63,812 nucleotides of DNA, filler included, from Chiloscyllium plagiosum (GCF_004010195.1; 4 parts of one record of this genome joined end to end with filler, not necessarily neighbours in it), one strand, 5' to 3'; positions 50,384-62,939 are shown, numbered from the whole stretch's first letter. Made by a program: numbers and translations. Notes: a model not told the origin generated them from the letters alone.

Positions 50384-51347
50384 TGTGGTTCTGTTCGCCG
50401 AGCTGGGAATTTGTGTTGCAGATGTTTTGTCCCCTATCTAGGTGACATCCTCAGTGCTTGGGAGCCTCCTGTGAAGCGCTTCTGTGATCTTTCCTCCGGC
50501 ATTTGTAGTGGTTTGAATCTGCCGCTTCCGGTTGTCAGTTCCACCTGTCCACTGCAGTGGTCGGTATAATGGGTCCAGGTCGATGTGCTTATTGATTGAA
50601 TCTGTGGATGAGTGCCATGCCTCTAGGAATTCCCTGGCTGTTCTCTGTTTGGCTTGTCCTATAATAGTAGTGTTGTCCCAGTCGAATTCATGTTGCTTGT
50701 CATCTGCGTGTGTGTGGCTACTAAGGATAGCTGGTTGTGTCGTTTCGTGGCTAGTTGGTATTCATGGGTGCGGATCGTTAGCTGTCTTCCTGTTTGTCCT
50801 ATGTAGTGTTTTGTGCAGCAAAACAATACCCAGCATGAGCAAAACCAATGTAGTGTACAAAATCCCATGCAAGGACTGCACAAAACACTACATAGGACGA
50901 ACAGGAAGACAGCTAAGATCCACATCCATGAACACTAACTAGCCACGAAACGACAGGACCAGCTATCCTTAGTAGCCACACATGCAGATGACAAGCAACA
51001 TGAATTCGACTGGGACAACACTACTATTATAGGACAAGCCAAACAGAGAACAGCCAGGGAATTCCTAGAGGCATGGCACTCATCCACAGATTCAATTAAC
51101 AAGCACATCGACCTGGACCCAATATACCGACCACTGCAGCAGACAGCTGGAACTGACAACCAGTAGCGGCAGATTCAAACCACTACAAATGCCGGAGGAA
51201 AGATCACAGAAGCGCTTCACAGGAGGCTCCCAAGCACTGAGGATGTCACCTAGACAGGGGATGAAATGTCTGCAACACAAATTCCCAGCTCGGCGAACAC
51301 AACCACAACAACAAGCACCCGAGCTATAAATCTTCTCACAAACTTTG
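50384..51347. mobile_element. Penelope-like element (family C), two inverted 3' portions, 15-bp TSD
   Basis: Minus arm 50384 to about 50818, plus arm about 50819 to 51347 with NVVYKIPCKDCTKHYIG. TSD aag(a/g)ctaatgattat at 50369-50383 and 51348-51362. Confidence 0.92.
51237..51270 (+). ncRNA. Hammerhead-like motif in the family C pLTR (CpG-decayed); mirror copy at 50421-50454 (-)
   Basis: gca CUGAGGA u GUC a CC uagaca GG g GAu GAAA uG UC ugc. Confidence 0.55.
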
Positions 51348-52279
51348 AAGGCTAATGATTATACCCAAAGTGACACATTGTTTCCTTTGCAAACAGTGTA
51401 GATGAATTATTGCTGTTCCTGCAACTTCTTCAAATTGCTTGAAACATTTTTTCATAAGGTTTATCAATTTCATCTCATCCACCTACACTGGCACATTGTA
51501 TTCTCTCAGTTAGCTGAGTCAAAAAATCAATTGTTATTGGCTTTCATTAAATCATTAGTCATAATATCAAAGAAAAACATTATGTGGTCTGATTTAATAC
51601 TAACGTAAAAAGTGCAGAAAATGAGATATGATCCCATGCTGTCATTATATTTATCCCCACTTTAGCCTCCTCCTCACCTTAATCTTTAGTGGGATCCAGC
51701 GCCACTGGTAACAACTGTCCTTCAATATTTCAAACCAACAGCAAGTGGCTGCAAATATGTTACATTTCTGTACATGCTTCTCAATTTACCACATCTTAAG
51801 ATTACTTACCTAGTTGAATTATACATTGCATAAAGGAGCAGATTTAAATCGGAAAAGGGTACTGAAATTTCAAACCCATTACTACCTTGGAGAGTTAGAT
51901 TTTCTTTTATAAGGATATTGGAAGAATGGGGAAGTTCAAAAGGTAGTCATCCATCAAATTCAGTGCCAGTACCATGCAGTCTTTATGTTTGTGCCTTTTT
52001 TGTTCATTTCCACTCGGGTATTGATACAGTTACATAAGTATTGCACAAAATATTTTGCAAAGTGAAGATTTTATGTCTTGGCTTCTGAATTATGTTAAAA
52101 CTCACACAACACCAGGTTATAAACCGACAAGTTTATTTGGAAACACTAGCTTTCGGAGTGCCATTCCTTCATCAGGTGGTTGTCTGAACTATAATATTTG
52201 TTCCTATTCTATCTAGATCTGTTGTCAGTGCTGACAAATAACTGACAGAACCATAGCACTGCAAGTTAAGAAAATGGAC

Positions 52280-54490
52280 CATAGAACAATACAGCCCAGG
52301 GACAGGCCCACCTTGCTTGTCCCAACTATGATGCCATTCTAAACTAATCCCGTTTGTCTGCACATGATCCATATCCCTCTATTTCCTGCCTGTTCACGTG
52401 TCTGTCAAAATGCTTCATAAACATTGCTATCATGTCTGCTCCACTTCTCCTTGTAGCTCATTCCAGGCATCTACCACCCTCTATGTAAAAAAAAACTGGC
52501 CTTGCACATCTCCTTCAAACTTTTTTTATCTCACTTCAAACCTATGCCCACTTATATATGACATTTCTGTCCCTGGAAAAAGACTCAAACTATTCACCCT
52601 ATCCATGCCTCCCATAATTTTATATACTTCTGTCAGGTTGCCCCTCAGCCTCTGATGCTCCAACAAAAACAATCCAAGCTTATCCATCCTCTTCTTATAG
52701 TTAGTGCAGTCCAATCCTGGCAACTAGTGGTGAACCTCTTTTGCATCCTCTCCAAAATGTTCACTTCCTTTCTGCAGTGTGACAACAAGAACAGCACACA
52801 ATACTTCAGATATAGTCTAACTAAAGTTTTATACAGTCACAACAAGACTTGCCAACATTTATACTCAATGGCCCATCTGGTGATGGCAAACATATCAAAT
52901 GCCTTCTTTACCCCATTATCCTCTTGTGCCTGCCACTTTCTGCGAACTATGCACTTGAATCCCAAGATTTGTCTGTATGTCAATACTCCTAAGTGCCATG
53001 CCATTTACTCTATTTTGCTCGTGCATTTGACCTCCCAAAATGCATCACCTCATACTTGTCTGAATTTAATTCCATCTGCCATTTCTCTGTCCAACTTTAC
53101 AACTGATCTATATACTGCTGTATCCTTTGATGACTTTCCCTCTATCCAAAATTTCTCCAATTTTCATGTCATCAGTAAACTTAATAATCAGACCACCTAC
53201 ATTTTCATCTGAATCATTTATATAAATTGCAACAACAGAGGTCCCAACATTGATCCATGCAGAACATATGAAAAATAAAGAGCATGAAAACATGAGAAGG
53301 GTTAAAGCATGAAGACCACTGGTGATCTGTTACAAGGGATACGTGGAATGTTACACTCGTCAAAAGGTCACTGTGGCAGGATGGGGGATCACTATGGCAG
53401 GATGAGATGAGAATAATGGAATGCTGCAACACCAATTAGCAGAGTCAGGTTGGGGCTGAAAGGTCACAATGGTAGGCAGAGATAACAACAATTAATAAAG
53501 TCAGCCTCGTCTGCTAAATACCATCATAGCAGGTTGTGACAGGTTGGGACAATAAATAGTTAGGACATGACAATAAATATCTAATCAGTAATTAGCAGGG
53601 TCAACCTGGGAGAGAAGACCATTGTGGCAGAGGTGGTAGTAAAATATCTAATCATGACATTAGAATAATATTAAGTAGAATGTTAGAAAAAAATCATAGT
53701 GGTAGAAGTAGAGAGATAACAGGAACTAACATCATTAGTTTATGATACATCTGGAGAGAGATAACTCTGACTAACACAGTTGGGCATGCTGATAAGCTAC
53801 AAAACACGATAGCAAAAAGGTATAAAGGTATAAAGAGCCATCGTTCAGGAGCAATCAAGAATTCACTTTCTGGTTGTCAAGGTTTTTGGTTGCTTCTTGA
53901 AGAACTCTCCGTGTCTCCTGGTAATTCTCTACATTTTCTCCACGACAAACATCAGTGGTCACAGACAGTCAGTCAGTAAAACACTCTTCTATACTGCTTT
54001 CTCTTCTGTGACCAAGACAATTTTGTATCCAACATACCAACTCACCATGGATCCCATATCAATTAATCTTCTGGATCAGCCTACCATGATGGATTTTGTT
54101 AAATGCTTTACTAAAATCCATGGCGACAATGTCCACTGCTTGACCTTCATCAATCATTGTTGTCCCTTCCTCGAAAAATTCAGTCATATTTGTAGTCTAG
54201 ACCTCTTCTGCACAATATCTTCTCCAGTAATTTCCCTATGACCGGCCTATCATTTCCTGAATCATCCTTGTTGCCATTTAAAACATGGGAACAATTGGCT
54301 TTTCTTCAGTCATCTGGGATCTTGCCTGTGGCTAAAGAGGATACAAAGGTTTCTGTCAAGACCCCAGAAATCTTCTCCCTTGCCTTCTGATGGAATAGAT
54401 TTCATCAGGTGTTGGGGGACTTGTCTACTTTAATGTTTTCAAGATATTCAACACCACCTCCTTTTTAATGTCAACATGCCTTAGAATATC
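52280..54490 (-). mobile_element. CR1-type LINE, interrupted by the solo LTR at 53267-53947
   Basis: YKKRMDKLGLFLLEHQRLRGNLTEVYKIM; IYIND...KFTDDMKIG. The sequence resumes at 53948. Confidence 0.85.
53267..53947 (+). mobile_element. Solo-LTR-like insertion (681 bp, 4-bp TSD)
   Basis: AACA|tatgaa...ccacgaCA|AACA splits a contiguous CR1 motif (gatccatgcagaaca / tcagtggtcacag). Internal TATAAA at about 53821 and 53829. The 5' TG appears mutated to TA. Confidence 0.65.
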
Positions 54491-55796
54491 ATCATAGTCT
54501 GCATACATGGTGAACTAGATCCAAAGTCTGTGGGTAATGGGGGAGTCAAATGGATTGACTTTGTTAACTCAGTTTGCAAGCACCAGTGCTATGTTTATGT
54601 CCCAGAAGAAGGAAATCAGGGAGACTGAGGAGATGATACCAGATGGTTTACTTTGCATAGCTGAGAAAAACTAGTGTGATGTAAGAACCTATGGCCAGCC
54701 AGGAATGACACCTCTACTTTCAAAAGTGAAATGAAATGGTTGAACCATGTTTTTGTTGTGCTTCAGAGGAAATGGTGCTGAAAGCACTCTCCATACTAAC
54801 TATTGCATTAAACCAATGTGATGTCTATACAAGTAGTGCATTGGTCGATACAGCAGATTATCCTTCCACTGGTCTTGATGCTGTAAGGCTGACACTGACT
54901 GCCTAAAGTGCCTCTTGTATGATGCAGAATGGCTATAGATCACATTTGTGTAGATGGCACAATTCTGGAATTGATTTCCAGCTGACTTGCAGAGGGTCTT
55001 GTTTTCAGTTATTGATTGCTAGGTATGCCAAGGCCTGTGGATGTGATTGGTGGTATAATAAGTGAGAGGTGGTTCTAGTTAGTTCAGTTGGCTGGATGAC
55101 TATCATGTGGTTCACAATAACACCAAAAGCATGGGTTTGCATCCCATTCCAGCTCACTCTGTTCTTGACAGCGAGAGGCAATGGCAAGCTGCCATTGACA
55201 AAATTTAACAAGAAAGCAGCTCAAGGTGAAACATCAGAAAACAATGAGCCAAGAACCTGTCAACGATAACCTGGTATCAGTGCTGAGGTATCTCCCTGAT
55301 ATGTCTCCTTTCACCTTAGTATACCTTCAATCCCATTTGATCCTGTATTGGAAAGCTTTCAAATCAATTCCTATTTAATGACTTGGTAATTATCATAGGC
55401 ATCTTTAGCTGGTATTTACATACATTATCATTCCCAGGCCCTGTGTGGAAGCATGTATTATAATAACCTTTTACCTCCTCTGTTTATAAGTTCTTTTACT
55501 GTTGCATTTTGGAAATGCTTTAATTGTCACTGTTTTTGTAGACATTCAGATATTTGTCTTTGTAACATAAATTCCAAAAGAGCTAATCGTAAAGCTGCAA
55601 TTTTAAGAAATTCATTATATACCAGGTGGTTATTTTTCAATGTAAGTTTAGACAGGGTGGTCAGGCTCTTCAATAATAAAGACGTTACCATAGCGCAGTC
55701 TGAACACGTCCCTGTTTGATGTTGCAGAGGGCTGATAAATATTACCTTCTGTGTTTGAAGATATCAGCAAGAGGATTATGTAATAAAGGTCTTGGT

Positions 55797-56106
55797 AGAT
55801 TAGATTACATTCCCTACAGTGTGGAAACAGGCCCTTTGGCCCAACAAGTCCATACCGACCCTCCGAAGAGTAACCCACCCAGACCCATTCCCCGGTTCCC
55901 TAACACTATGGGCAATTTAGCATGGCCAATCCACCTGACCTGCATATCTTTGGACTGTGGGAGGAAACTGGAGCACCCGGAGGAAACCCATGCAGACACA
56001 GGGAAATGTGCAAACTCCACACAGACAGTCACCCGAGGCTGTAATCGAACCTGGGTCCCTGCTGCTGTGAGGCTGCAGTGCTAACCACTGAGCCACCGTG
56101 CCGCCC
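55797..56106 (-). mobile_element. tRNA-derived SINE
   Basis: gggcggcacggtggctcagtggttagcac...ggttcgatt head and tctaa tail. Confidence 0.88.
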
Positions 56107-56722
56107 TTTTGGTCTCACTATCATCAAATCACAGACCTATTACCAAAGAGATACCCAGGTATGTCACTGCAGAAAAAGATTTGAAGGTTGGGGCATCACA
56201 CTACCTGCATTGAACATAGGTAATAAAAGCCATCCAGGGTTGGGAGAGGGTTTTGACTAGGAGAAACTCAGCAATGGGAATCAGGAGGGGGATAATCCTG
56301 GTGACTGTGAAAGGGGCTTCAGTATCACTTGAGAAGAAACTAACTGAGCAATGACATGGATTGTAAAGAGTTGCTGAGTGCTATGACTGACATTGATGTG
56401 AATTGAGACAGGAAAGTGACTGGTATCAGTTGGTATTGGAGAGGGGATTAGGAAAAGGGAATGGTCGGCATTGGAAGGGATAATGAGAGGATCATTGGAC
56501 GGGACAGTGGGGAAGAAATCAGCAGGTACAGGGTTGAGGTGGGGTGCAGGATAGTGGGATCATGTGCGAAGAATGTGTTGAGTTGTAAAGTCCAACATGG
56601 TTTAATGCAAGAACTGGGATGTTTCTGCTCCTTCCTGCTAGGGATGTCATTAAGCTAGATTCTGGATCAGTGGTGCTGGAAGAGCACAGCAATTCAGGCA
56701 GCATCCGAGGACAGGCAAAATC

Positions 56723-56750
56723 GACGTTTCGGGCAAAAGCCCTTCATCAG
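56723..56750 (-). ncRNA. Minimal hammerhead ribozyme motif (family A) in a pLTR running into the gap (about 56655-56783)
   Basis: Reverse strand: uc CUGAUGA A GGGC uuuu GCCC GAAA CG UC ga. Confidence 0.78.
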
Positions 56751-56783
56751 GAATAAAGGCAGAGAGCCTGAAGCGTGGAGAGA

Positions 56784-56883
56784 NNNNNNNNNNNNNNNNN
56801 NNNNNNNNNNNNNNNNNNNNNNNNNNNTTAATTAATTAANNNNNNNNNNNNNNNNNNNNNNNNNNNNNNNNNNNNNNNNNNNN
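56784..56883. other. Scaffold gap with stop linker
   Basis: N44-TTAATTAATTAA-N44. Confidence 0.97.
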
Positions 56884-57281
56884 TGCTAGAATATAAGTAT
56901 TTTATTCCCCGCAGTGTCGCCTCAACCAGGTCTCGTACTTACAACGGGTCTGGTTTATACTCACTCTACGTGTTACCGGAACTGGGAGCCGTCAGTTCTC
57001 GTAGAGCGGTTGCCAACAACCCACGCTCGGCGGTTAAACGTAACCCCGGAGCAGACTCACCGGACTGGAGACTTTTCCAGCTGATATACTCTTTTCCAGA
57101 TATAAACATTCATGTGAACAGCAGAGCAAGGCTAAAAAACACATTCCATTCTGGTTACATACAGATAAGAAGATTCACACGGGAAGGTGTATAACAAGAT
57201 TCACACGGGACTAAGCGACACCTTCCATTTTCGGTTAGATTCACACATGTATTGGGACACAATTTTAACCCTTTCACCACA
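56884..57281 (-). mobile_element. LTR-like sequence (398 bp) inserted in a CR1 tail
   Basis: The reverse strand begins TGTGGTGAAAGGGTTAA and ends AATAAAaatacttatattctagCA at the gap edge. CpG-rich, with three gtgtgaatct repeats. The CR1 tail resumes at 57282. Confidence 0.6.
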
Positions 57282-57409
57282 GAGGGATATGGGCTGGGTG
57301 CTGGCAGGTGGGACTAGATTGGGTTGGGATATCTGGTTGGGATGATGGGTTGGACCGAAGGGTCTGTTTCCATGCTGTACATCTCTATGACTCTATGACT
57401 CTAAATGAT

Positions 57410-58630
57410 GAAAGAAGTCATTAAGAATGCTATCAAGTGCAATTTGCTTCATGATAACCCACTCATTGACACCCAGTTTAGATTCACCAGGGCCACTCAA
57501 CTCTTGACCTCATTATAACCTTTGTCCAAGCATGGACCATAGAGCGGAATTCCAGAGGTGAGATGAGAATGACTGTCCTTGACATAAAAGCCACATTCAA
57601 CTGAGTGGGGCATCAAGGTAGCCCTAGCAAAACTGGAATCAATGTGTACCAACCAGTGAAACTATTCCACTGGTTGGAGTCACACTGATGTGATGGAAGA
57701 TGTTTGTGGTGGTTGTTAGGAGGTCAGTCATCTCAACTCCAAGACATCTCTACAGGAGTTCCCTAACATAATGCTCTAGGTCCAACTACCTTCAGCTGAT
57801 TCATCAATGACCTTTGCTCTATCATAAGCTCAGAAGTTGGGGATGTTCACTGATGATTGCACAATGTTCAGCATTATTCCTGACTCCTCAGATACTGAAG
57901 CTGTCCCCACCTAAATGCAACAAGAACTGGACAAGATGCAGGCTTGGCTTGACAAGTGGCAAGTAACATTCTTGCTTCACAAATGCCAAGCGATGACCAT
58001 CTATCTCCAATAAGAAACAATCTAACCACTGCCCCTTGACATTCAATGGCATTACCATCACTGAATCCCCTATTATCAACATCCTGGGACATACCATGGA
58101 AATGAAACTAAACTGGACTAGCCATTGAAGTATTGTGGCTACAAGATAAGGTGAGAGGCCTGCAGTGAGTAAGTCACCTCCTGACTCCTCAAAAGCTGCA
58201 ATAGCCGATCATTCAACCACCTTTATGACCATGTTGAATGGCAGAGCAGGCTTGAAGGGCTGAATGGTCTCCCCCATTCCTAGTTTCTACATTTCTATGT
58301 TACCACTGGTGACCTGGCAACACAGAGGAGAAACCATTGAGATTGGGTCAATGAAAAGCAATGATCGAATTAAGGAACTGCTGCAGGGAAAGCAAATGCA
58401 GAAAGATTGGAAATATATAGGTCAAAATCTTGGAACTCCGTCTTTGACAGCACCCTGGATATACCTACAGCACACGAGCTGCAGAGGTTCAAGAAGGCAA
58501 CTAGTTACCACCATTTCAAGAGCAACCAGGGATCAGCAATAAATCCAGCCAATGATGCTCACATCCCCACAAGTGAACAACACAACACAATAAATGCTGG
58601 CCCAACCAATGATGCTCACATCCCATGAAT
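57410..58630 (+). mobile_element. Degenerate L2/CR1-group LINE RT and tail (tail motif duplicated at about 58537-58630)
   Basis: cagtttagattc (QFxF), gacataaaagccacattcaac (DIKAxFD-like) and ttcactgatgat (FxDD). Confidence 0.65.
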
Positions 58631-59921
58631 AAATTCATTCCATGTAGGCGATTTGGACAGCTGGGATTGTGTGGAAGATTGAATGATAGCCAGTGCTGTC
58701 ATTTTTAAAAATGACTCATTGTCACTTTTTGCTTATTTTTGTTTATGGCACTTTCTAGTGAAATCTACCATCAAACCTCCCCTCCCATCAGCTTGTCCAA
58801 TGCAGAAGTTTAAGCATACAGGAATCCCACTACAAACCAGCTGGAAGGAGAGATTTGGAGGCAAATTTCACTTGAAATATACGGAACAAATTTGCCAATC
58901 TTTGATCCAAATCCACGCCTTGCTGGCACTCTAAGAACATATCAAGTATTTTTTTTAAATTGGATGATGGTTCCTGCCTCCATTACCCTCTCGGTCAGAA
59001 AGGTCCAGATTATCACCATATTTCGGGTGAAAAATAAACTCATCCCTCACTTTCCTAACAATTACTTTATACCTTTCCTTCTAGTTGCTGACCTCTATAC
59101 TAACAGAAATGAATAGATTTTATCTACGGTCTCTGTTCCCCTCAACCAAATCTCCTCCCAGAACTTTTGTTCTAAAGAATACAACCACAGCTTGTTAAGA
59201 CCATAAGACCATAAGAAATAGGAGTGGAAGTAAGGCCATTCAGCCCATCAAGCCCACTCTGCCATTCAGTCATGGCTGATGGGCATTTCAACTCCACTTA
59301 CCCACATTCTCCCCATAGTCCTTAATTTCTTGCGAGATCAAGAAGTTATTAGTCTCTGCCTTGTGTTGATTCACTCTCCACAACAAAAAATCTATATTTC
59401 TAGGCAATGACCTGTTTTGCACTGTCTCTAATATGATCACATCCTTTCTGCAACGCCCTAACCTAGAACTGTCGCCTTTCATACAGTTTCATTATGAACT
59501 CCACATTCTTACATTCTGAGCATTAGCTGAGAAAGGCGAATCCCGTAGAAAGCCCTGAAACATTATTTCCCTGTCATGTTACCTTAAGGGATCTGTGGGC
59601 ATTTACTCCAGATCTCCATGCACCTGACAATGTCCTTAAAGTGGAGTCACTCGGTGGGCTTAATGTCCAGAAATCAAAATTGCTAATGATCATTGGAATT
59701 AGGAAAGCTTTTAAAAACAAAGACTTTCCCTCATATTTAAACTTAACAATTGACACACAACCTGACATCGACTATAGCATATACTAAGCGTGGGGATGGC
59801 CAGTGTCAAGAGCATCACTCTTGGTAGATGACCCTACACTCTTTCCAGATCTGCTCAGTCAGCCTCCAAACATAAGACATCGCTCCCAATACCCAGAAAA
59901 AAGCACAGATACCAGAATGTA

Positions 59922-60231
59922 GGTGGCACGGTGGCACAGTGGTTAGCACTGCTGCCTCACAGCGCCTGAGACCCGGGTTCAATTCCCGCCTCAGGCGACT
60001 GACTGTGTGGAGTTTGCAATTTCTCCCCATGTCTGCGTGGGTTTCCTTCGGGTGCTCCGGTGTCCTCCCACAGTCCAAAGATGTGCAGGTCAGGTGAATT
60101 GGCCATGCTAAATTGCCCGTAGTGTTAGGTAAGGGGTAAATGTAGGGGAATGGGTGGGTTACGCTTCGGCGGGGCGGTGTGGACTTGTTGGGCTGAAGGG
60201 CCTGTTTCCACGCTGTAATGTAATCTAATCT
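59922..60231 (+). mobile_element. tRNA-derived SINE, young copy
   Basis: ggtggcacggtggcacagtggttagcac...gggttcaattccc, CpGs retained, taatctaatct tail. Confidence 0.9.
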
Positions 60232-60491
60232 ATAAATCGCACATTTCAATGCTCTGTTTCTTTTCCCAAAATCTCCATACTTTTCTCATCTATCTTCCTC
60301 ATCAATCTGCTTATTTCCATCTATCTGATTTCTTTCAAACATTGTGCTCCAATATTTTCTTCTTAACTATATCATAGATGTTCCGACGAGATCTTTCTCT
60401 TCCTTTTCCATGACATTCTTTTAAAAAAAACCCGCCTCTTTAAGTGCTCCCAGTTACTGATGGAAGGTGGCTAAACAAAAGGTCAACACTT

Positions 60492-60625
60492 CTGAAGAAA
60501 GGTCACTCGACCCGAAATGTTAACTTTGATTTCCCTCCACAGATGCTGCCAGACCTGCTGAGATTTTCCAGCGATGTCCATTTTTGTTTGATTTCCAGCA
60601 TCCATAGTTCTTTTGGTTTTTAAAA
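60492..60625 (+). mobile_element. Family D pLTR/retrozyme-like short repeat with hammerhead motif (other copies about 23340-23430, 41368-41457 and 61395-61530)
   Basis: tt CUGAAGA a aGGUC acuc GACCc GAAA uG UU aac followed by ctctccacagatgctgccagacctgctgag. Confidence 0.65.
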
Positions 60626-61014
60626 GTTAACTCTTCCTTTGGCTATAGACACTCAGTTAAAAAAACCCAGCATTTTCTGTTTTTAATTGAGACTTCCATG
60701 GTTCCCAGCACTTTGCTTTTGCCTACGTTATTGGCAACCTCTCTCACCCTGATGCCTGAGTTTACTATCCTCCTTCTCTCCATCGTTTCTGTTCTAATTT
60801 AGCTCAATCTGACTCCCTGCTGTCTGCTGCCTTCAGGGCGATGCATTACCACTCTTGGTGAAAGGTCTGGAACAGATAATGTCACCTTCACATCACAGGA
60901 GTCAACACAAAAGGAGAGAAAAGGGCAGATGCTAAAGCCTGGTGCACTCCAGTCATAACAAAACAGAAACAGAAGTTTCTGGAAAAGCTCAGCAGGTCTG
61001 GCAGCATCCAGAAC

Positions 61015-61350
61015 ACGGAACATTTCAGTGCAGGACAGGTCCTTCAGCCCTTGATGTTGTGCCACCCTGTGGAAACAATCTGAAACCCATCTAACCTACA
61101 CTATTCCATTTCCATCTATATGTTTATCCAATGACCATCTAAATGCCCATAAAATTGGCGAGTCTACAACTGTTGCAGGTAGTGTGTTCCATGCCCTTAC
61201 TACTCTCTGAGTAAAGAACCTACTTCTGACATCTGTCCTATATCTATGTCCCCTCGATTCAAAGTCATGTCCCCTTGTGCGAGCCATCATCATCCACCCT
61301 ATCTGACCCTCGGATTATCTTAAGTGTCTCAATTAAGTCACCTCTCAACC
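61015..61350 (-). mobile_element. CR1-type LINE 3' end
   Basis: RTRGH...FFTQRVVRAWNTLP. Confidence 0.85.
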
Positions 61351-61999
61351 TTCTTCCACCTTCTTCTCTGAACTGTACAAAACTGTTCCAGAACAGCGGT
61401 TCTGAAGAAAGGTCACTGGACCCTAAAGGTTAACTCTGCTTTCTCTCCACAGATATTGCCAGACCCGCTGAGCTTTTCCAGCAATTTCTGTTTTTCTTTC
61501 TGATTTACAGCCTCCTCAGTTCTATCAGTTTTTAATAACACAACAGAAGCTGGCCATGCACAGAAAGAATATTTATTTCTAAGGTGCTACATCAACAATC
61601 TTTCTTCCCAAGGACAATCCCATAATGGAACAAGCTGCCAAATGAAAAACTCACATCAGATGAAACCTTCAAGGCCAACCTTTAGATAGTTTCAATTTAG
61701 ATCATTCAATCTTCATCATCAGGACTACCACTTCAGCCAGTCATGCCTGGTTTAGCTAACGCTACCCATACAAATGTTGACTGCATGGGGATATTAGTCT
61801 GTGATACTGACAAAACTAAATTAAAAGCAGAAACTGAAGACAGCTGACAAAAAAAAGGTAAAACAACTCAGCCCACAAGGCAGTGAAACGACCTTTTTAA
61901 TTTACCATCCTTCAAGAATCCATTATTTCCTACCAATTTGCTTCATACAGTTTCAGAGTGCAGACTAAATTACATCTAATTCCCTGGAACATCGAAGAC

Positions 62000-62336
62000 T
62001 GTGGGGTAACCTTATAGAGGTTTATAAAATCATGAGGGGCCTGGATAGGGTAAATAGACAAGGTCTTTTGCCCCATGGTAGGAGAGTCCACAGGTGGCAT
62101 AGGTTTAAGGTGAGAGGGGAAAGATTTAAAAGGGACGCAGAGTGGTATGTGTATGGAATGAGCTGCCAGAATGGCAGGGGGGTGGGAACCTGAGCTGTAT
62201 ACCGAAGGTGAGAGTTGATGCAGATGAGGCAATAGCAAGAGGTAGACCAGCTAGTGGGAAGGATTTTCCTGGCAAGGAACCAAGGTATCAGTTAAAGTGT
62301 GTTTGCTTTAACGTAAGGAGTATCAAGAATAAAAGT
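62000..62336 (+). mobile_element. Fused CR1 fragments (3' RT tail plus ORF2 5' segment)
   Basis: RVVCVWNELPE joined to WQGGGNLSCIP...LKCVCFNVRSIKNKS. Confidence 0.8.
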
Positions 62337-62890
62337 GGGTTCATATCCGCCACAGATTCACCTGCACCTCCACACATATCATCTATTGCATCCTCTGCAC
62401 CCGATGTGGCCTCCTCTATATTGGGGAGACAGGCCGGCTACTTGCGGAGCTTTTCAGAGAACACCTCTGGGACACCCGGACCAACCAACCCAACCACCCT
62501 GTAGCTCAACATTTCAATTCCCCCTCCCACTCCACCAAGGATATGCAGGTCTTTGGACTCCTCCATCGTCAGACCACAACAAAACGACGGTTGGAGGAAG
62601 AACGCCTCATCATCCGCCTAGGAACCCTCCAACCACAAGGGATGAACTCAGATTTCACCAGTTTCCTCATTTCCCCCTCCCCCCACCCTGTCTCAGTCAA
62701 ATCCATCAAATTCAGCACCGCCTTCCTAACCTAGGATCTTCTTCCCGACCTCTCCGCCCCCACCCCAATCTGTCCTATCACCCTCACCTTGACCTTTTTC
62801 CACCTATCACATTTCCGACGCCCCTCCACCAAGTCCCTCCTCCCTATCTTTTATCTTAGCCTGACCTGCTGTGCTTTTCCAGCGTCACAC
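62337..62890 (+). mobile_element. Penelope-like element (family A) GIY-YIG end and pLTR
   Basis: FHIRHRFTCTSTHIIYCILCTRCGLLYIGETGR; RRLEEERLIIRLGTLQPQGMN. Confidence 0.88.
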
Positions 62891-62939
62891 AGCAAAACAG
62901 TATTAATCAATTGCAAGGAGGAACTACACACAAGTCCTG

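Noticed and set aside
59922..59995. tRNA-like A/B box sequences
   Set aside because: They are SINE heads followed by SINE body and tail, not tRNA genes.
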